A stretch of DNA of 64,000 nucleotides, from NCBI GenBank assembly GCA_965262115.1, contig OZ253496.1, positions 1,604,447 to 1,668,446 on the forward strand. Reading direction: 5' to 3'. Positions within the stretch are counted from its first letter, which is position 1. Each line of letters begins with the position of its first letter. A program made the position numbers and the translations under genes. The notes under the pieces were generated by a model that saw only the letters and a list, made by a program, of their open reading frames with translations, made no database searches and was not told the origin of the DNA. This document shows positions 61,944 through 64,000 of the stretch, piece by piece. Origin of the DNA: Nitrospinales bacterium. GTDB lineage: Bacteria; Nitrospinota; Nitrospinia; Nitrospinales; VA-1.

Positions 61944-62035
61944 GTGGTTTTCATCGGCCCTGCGCCGAGCAGTGGTTTTCATCGGCCCTGCGCCGAGCAG
62001 TGGTTTTCATCGGCCCTGCGCCGAGCAGTGGTTTT
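61944..62035. repeat. 28-bp tandem repeat x3 plus a partial copy
   Basis: GTGGTTTTCATCGGCCCTGCGCCGAGCA exact at 61944, 61972 and 62000. Confidence 0.95.
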
Positions 62036-62057
62036 AGTTCGCCCCTCCGCGTAGGAG

Positions 62058-62103
62058 TGGAGCCAGCGGGCGGAATTGAACCGCCGACCTACTGATTACG
62101 AAT
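62058..62103 (-). tRNA. 3' fragment of tRNA-Thr(CGT), probable att site; not a complete tRNA
   Basis: Minus strand ATTCGTAATCAGTAGGTCGGCGGTTCAATTCCGCCCGCTGGCTCCA has the anticodon loop, T arm and CCA; no D arm or 5' acceptor strand upstream. Confidence 0.85.
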
Positions 62104-62303
62104 TACAAATTGGCGTTTTTAGGAAGTTTTTGATTTCAGGCTGGCTTCCTCTATCTGTTTATTTTTTCAAGGTTTTTAGTAAACCATTATTTCCGCCAAT
62201 TCCGTTAAATCTGCTCCGGTAGGAAATTTCTATCATAAATTTATCATAGTCAAGGTCGGCTTCCGTCCTACTGGCTTTTCAATATAGGCCGCTGATTTCA
62301 CCA

Positions 62304-62780
62304 CTATAGGGAAAGCTTGTGCCATGGACATTTAGATGGTTTTTTTTTATTTAATTTTGGCTTCAAGTCATCATAAAGTGTCCTTTCATGGCAACGAGGA
62401 CAATTGGCTGGTCTACTGGATTTTGATTCAGGATCAATAAGATACTTTTTCCAACCCAAATATAAATTTAATGGATTTAGGTTTTCGTTCTTACAATCTT
62501 TGTTTATAGATCGTCCCCCTGAATGATGGCCGGTTCCTCCACCGTAAAAACCAAACATGTCAGCAATCAGGTCGCCAATTCTTGTGGCAAACCGTTCACT
62601 TTTTCCAGTGTTTCCTCCAACATATAAAATTTTATTTGTTATTTTGGGCTCTCCTCGCCATTTCTCTTTAGAAACCACGTATACACCATTATCTTTCGCA
62701 GGCCATTCTTGAGATTTATTCATGCAATTCTCTAATAAAACTTTTACTTTAAAAGGACCTATCCATTGGGGGCTCGGCAT
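62304..62780 (-). CDS. GIY-YIG-like nuclease-fold protein
   Basis: GVYVV...ILYVG spaced motif, downstream R; AT-rich. Confidence 0.55.
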   Translation of the reverse strand: MPSPQWIGPFKVKVLLENCMNKSQEWPAKDNGVYVVSKEKWRGEPKITNKILYVGGNTGKSERFATRIGDLIADMFGFYGGGTGHHSGGRSINKDCKNENLNPLNLYLGWKKYLIDPESKSSRPANCPRCHERTLYDDLKPKLNKKKPSKCPWHKLSL

Positions 62781-62863
62781 AACAATTCTGAGGCAAAGAT
62801 TTATATTTTGTGGAGATTTCCATTATAGTTACTATCAAGTCCTAACTATATAAAAATAGGAAT

Positions 62864-64000
62864 TGATCTTCCCCTGAATTGGTGGACACATCGAAAAGTG
62901 TGGATAATACACTTTTGGAGGTGTTTTTATGGGAACCAAACGCAGGAGTTTCAGTAAAGAATTCAAGTTAGAAGCGGTTCGATTGGTTATTGAAGTAGGC
63001 GATAGCATTGCCCGGGTGTCCCGGGATCTGGGAATCCGTTCTGCCCTTCTGGGTCGCTGGAAACAGGAGTATGAGGAGGATCAGGGGAATGCGTTTCCCG
63101 GCAAAGGACAGCTTAAGCCGGGAGATGAGTTGCAGCAGTTGCGGCGAGAAAACGCTCGCCTTCGTATGGAGCGGGACATATTAAAAAAGGCGGCAGTTAT
63201 CTTTGTGATGTCCTCTTCATTTGTCTTCATGCCCCGAAGGGGTACTCGAAGGGTTCCCAATGAGATATCGGTTTATACGGGATCATCGAGAAGCATTTCC
63301 GGTAAGCCCGATGTGCCGGGTTCTGGAAGTGGGACGAAGTGGGTTCTATGCCTGGCTGAGCCGCCCCGAGAGCCTGAGGAGCCGTGAGAAGCAGCGATGG
63401 GTTGATGAGATCAAAACCGTTTATAAGAAGAGTCGCCAGACTTATGGCAGTCCCAGAATTCATGAGGACTTGAAAGACAAGGGATATGCCATTGGCAGGC
63501 ATCGTATTGCCTGTCTTATGCGCGAGCATGGAATCGTTGCCAAGCACAAAAGAAAGTTCAGGGTGACAACCGATTCCAAACATAATCACCCGGTGGCAAA
63601 AAACAAACTGCAACGGCGGTTTAATGTTGCTGAGCCCGGTCAATGCTGGGTTTCGGATATCACCTATATCCCGACTCAAGAGGGCTGGTTATACCTTGCG
63701 GTGACGCTGGATTTATTCCACCGTAAAGTTATTGGTTGGGCCATGGATCGTTGGATAACCCGTTGGTTGGTAATGAGAGCTTTAAATATGGCAATGAAGA
63801 ACGGCGGCATGAAACCGGGATTGATTCACCATTCTGACCGGGGGGTTCAATATGCCTGCAACGATTTTCAAGCCTTGCTCAATGTTCATGGGATAGAGTG
63901 CAGTATGAGCCGGAAGGGCGATTGCTGGGATAACGCCGTGGCGGAGAGTTTTTTCCATACTCTCAAAGTGGAACTCATTCATAACCGGAACTACAAAACC
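62864..64000 (+). mobile_element. IS3-family element copy 3 (runs off the window) with intact, empty module at 63204-63244
   Basis: Left IR at 62864; identical orfA and orfB sequence. Confidence 0.95.

Noticed and set aside
61944-62035. CRISPR array
   Set aside because: The 28-bp units are contiguous with no spacers.
62058-62135. Complete tRNA-Thr gene
   Set aside because: The 5' acceptor strand and D arm cannot be formed from the sequence beyond 62103.

Overview
A 64-kb chromosomal segment of a Gram-negative bacterium. The gene set and style suggest Nitrospinota or a deltaproteobacterium-like lineage, but this is inference only: there is no rRNA marker here. The housekeeping backbone includes nagZ, fabF, miaB, pilM-N-O-(P-like)-Q, aroB, rsfS, nadD, a pilin, nadB, ftsK, an MTAP-family phosphorylase and glpE. 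Accessory material comprises an AT-rich C5-methyltransferase plus nuclease pair, three copies of one IS3-family element, an IS110 element, a frameshifted autotransporter, many pseudogenes, and the 3' att fragment of a tRNA-Thr(CGT) marking an island edge. The most interesting signal lies in the intergenic DNA. At least 23 copies of a 37-42 bp module (NGTGAT...TGCCC-n-GNA-n'-GGGTA) are inserted precisely, without target duplication, into other repeats, into each other and into the IS3 orfA/orfB junction; empty and filled versions of the same host sites both occur in the window. The module hairpin keeps a one-strand GNA triloop with a co-varying closing pair, which suggests a single-stranded-DNA mobile element; no candidate mobiliser is encoded here. 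An IS621-like IS110 sits inside one module at a CT core. Its left-end bridge RNA can be read directly: its target guides match the module hairpin and its donor guides match its own circle junction. The result is a three-tier nest: IS110 in module in IS3.
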